NCBI RefSeq assembly: GCF_963921235.1 | Contig: NC_086124.1 | Span: 27,900,001-27,964,000 of the forward strand | From: Mobula hypostoma | Lineage: Eukaryota | Direction: 5' to 3' | DNA: 64,000 nucleotides | Shown: in pieces, positions 62,646-64,000 of the stretch | Numbering within the stretch: position 1 is the first letter of the stretch | Layout: every line of letters begins with the position of its first letter | The notes under the pieces: model-generated | Seen by the model: the letters and a program-made list of their open reading frames with translations, nothing else | Told to the model about the DNA's origin: nothing | The model's database searches: none | Translations under genes and position numbers: made by a program

Positions 62646-62928
62646 TGAAGCCAATCCCGAGACCGGCGAGTCGGCACCTGTCAGAGACTGCGCGTGCGCT
62701 CGTCATCCGGCCGCCCGCCGCTGATTGGCTGCCGCGGCTTCCCGCCAGAGACCCCCCCCGCCCTCTCTCCGGCGCGTGACTCCGCCGGCGGCCGGGCTGC
62801 TCCCTCGCTCTATTCGGCGTTGAGGAGCGGAGGAGCGGGGCTGGGACTGGGGCTGGGGCGGTACGTTGGGCGGGGAGGTTGCCTCCTCCTGCCTCCAGCC
62901 GCTCTTTGCTTTTGGCACAGTCGCAACC
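62646..62928 (+). promoter_or_regulatory. CpG-island promoter with CRE/X2-like half site, Y (inverted CCAAT) box, NRF1-like site and GC boxes
   Basis: tgcgcgtgcgc at 62689-62699, CGTCATC at 62701-62707, CTGATTGG at 62721-62728, a second CCAAT at ~62651 and ggggcgg near 62856. Confidence 0.65.
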
Positions 62929-63004
62929 ATGGGTCGATATTGCACTGCCTGGGCGCTCCTCCTGCTCCTCGCCGCTCGTTTGGGGACTCGCAGCTCGGCG
63001 GCCG
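62929..63004 (+). CDS. Signal-peptide first exon of an unidentified secretory/membrane gene (candidate WA partner)
   Basis: Strong Kozak context gcaaccATGG. Translation MGRYCTAWALLLLLAARLGTRSSAA(G), with a phase-1 donor GCC G|gtgagt at 63004/63005. Confidence 0.75.
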
Positions 63005-63154
63005 GTGAGTCGATTCCTGTCGCGGGGATCACCGCGCTTGGTGCAGATTGTGGGATCCTGCACAGTTCGCATTGCTGGGGTCATCAACCGGGTCGGGGGT
63101 GGGGTGTTATGGGTTGGATCTTGTTGTTTAAGGGTTAAACTTCCTGGTAAGACC

Positions 63155-64000
63155 TGTCACGTATCCCGTGATGGGAATAAAGAACCAGCAGAAATAGAAA
63201 ACGCTTTGGAGTCCAGTATTACTATTCACTAGTAATATTTATTAGAAACTACTCAATACAGTAATATAAATGTAGATAAATCAAACAGGTTAGCAATGAT
63301 TATTTATGTAAATAAGTATATCAGTAAGTGTGGAGATATAGGTGAAAAACCAAGCTTCTTCAAGTCTAAGGGTAAAAAGATACTGTCTTACGATGATGAG
63401 TAAAGTTCAGTTCAGATCATGGTGTTCAGTTGAGTAGTGATGGAGAGAGAGGGAGGGAGAGAATTGGGTCTTCAGGTGAGCTGACACCGTTGATCTCCTC
63501 GTTGTCCTCCGAAATCCTTTAAAGTCACAGACTGTGACTTCAACAAAGGGGACCAGTTTTCTGTGGTGGAGCTATCACCCAGGCAAGGGTGGACACATGG
63601 CCAACTCCCCACCGGTCACTGCCTTTTCTTTTCACTGCAGGAGCCACTGATCGATCTGCCTGATCGATCCTCCAAAAACCCACTTTTTCTGCCGGCATTA
63701 CAAAGCTCATTCAGTGTCCAAAACACATGTCTGAGGTCTATATCATCTGACCTTCTATTTATCTCACTGTACTGAGTATCAACTGTTATTCAAGTTACTC
63801 CCCCTTCCCTTCTCTGTGTAAGAAATGCAAGCAGGCAAATGTCTTTGAGAAGTATCAACATGCTGCTGAAAAATCATAACATTGATTGTCCATCAAATAA
63901 GGCTGCCTTCAGTCACCATAGCAACTTACGAGCTGCTTGGTGCCATCTCCAACTCAGCAGAAATCCAAAAGTTAGCCAGTTCTTTCTCGTGCCTTAAAGT
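63155..64000. mobile_element. LTR related to the 39188 solo LTR, running off the window
   Basis: Starts tgtcacgtatcccgtgatggg..aaagaaccagcagaaat..ggagtc, matching tgttacgtaccccataatggg..aaagaaccagcagaaat..ggagtc. Both also share gataaatcaaacaggttagc and ataacattgattgtccatcaaataa-like blocks. Confidence 0.75.

Noticed and set aside
62626-62707. Apparent minus-strand ATG...TCTG|GTGAG donor suggesting a bidirectional leader exon at the 62.7-kb island
   Set aside because: The frame from the ATG gives a phase-2 junction and no hydrophobic core. The 'donor' is part of the CR1 endonuclease remnant (SSGEVLWVEL).

Overview
Eukaryotic, transposon-dense genomic DNA. It is probably from a cartilaginous fish; this is inferred from the CR1/V-SINE/Penelope/Rex1 repeat mix and the MHC-type gene. 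The only clear host gene is on the minus strand. It has a leader exon (13226-13370), a 258-bp MHC groove-domain exon (11827-12084) and a 282-bp Ig-C1 exon (2161-2442), all with phase-1 GT-AG junctions; the TM/cytoplasmic exons would lie left of the window. The chain has class II-type architecture (one groove domain plus one Ig domain) but class I alpha2/alpha3 motifs, which is the signature of an MHC W-category beta chain (WB). Both groove cysteines are missing. About 49.5 kb away, a second CpG-island promoter with an X2/Y-like module drives a divergent plus-strand signal-peptide exon (62929-63004), a candidate partner (WA) gene. Nearly everything else is nested mobile DNA: L1, CR1, RTE, Rex1/Babar, Penelope-like elements carrying minimal hammerhead ribozyme motifs, Buster and ZMYM1-like hAT transposons, Tc1-derived MITEs and solo LTRs. 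Repeat boundaries were read by eye and are approximate unless a TSD is quoted.
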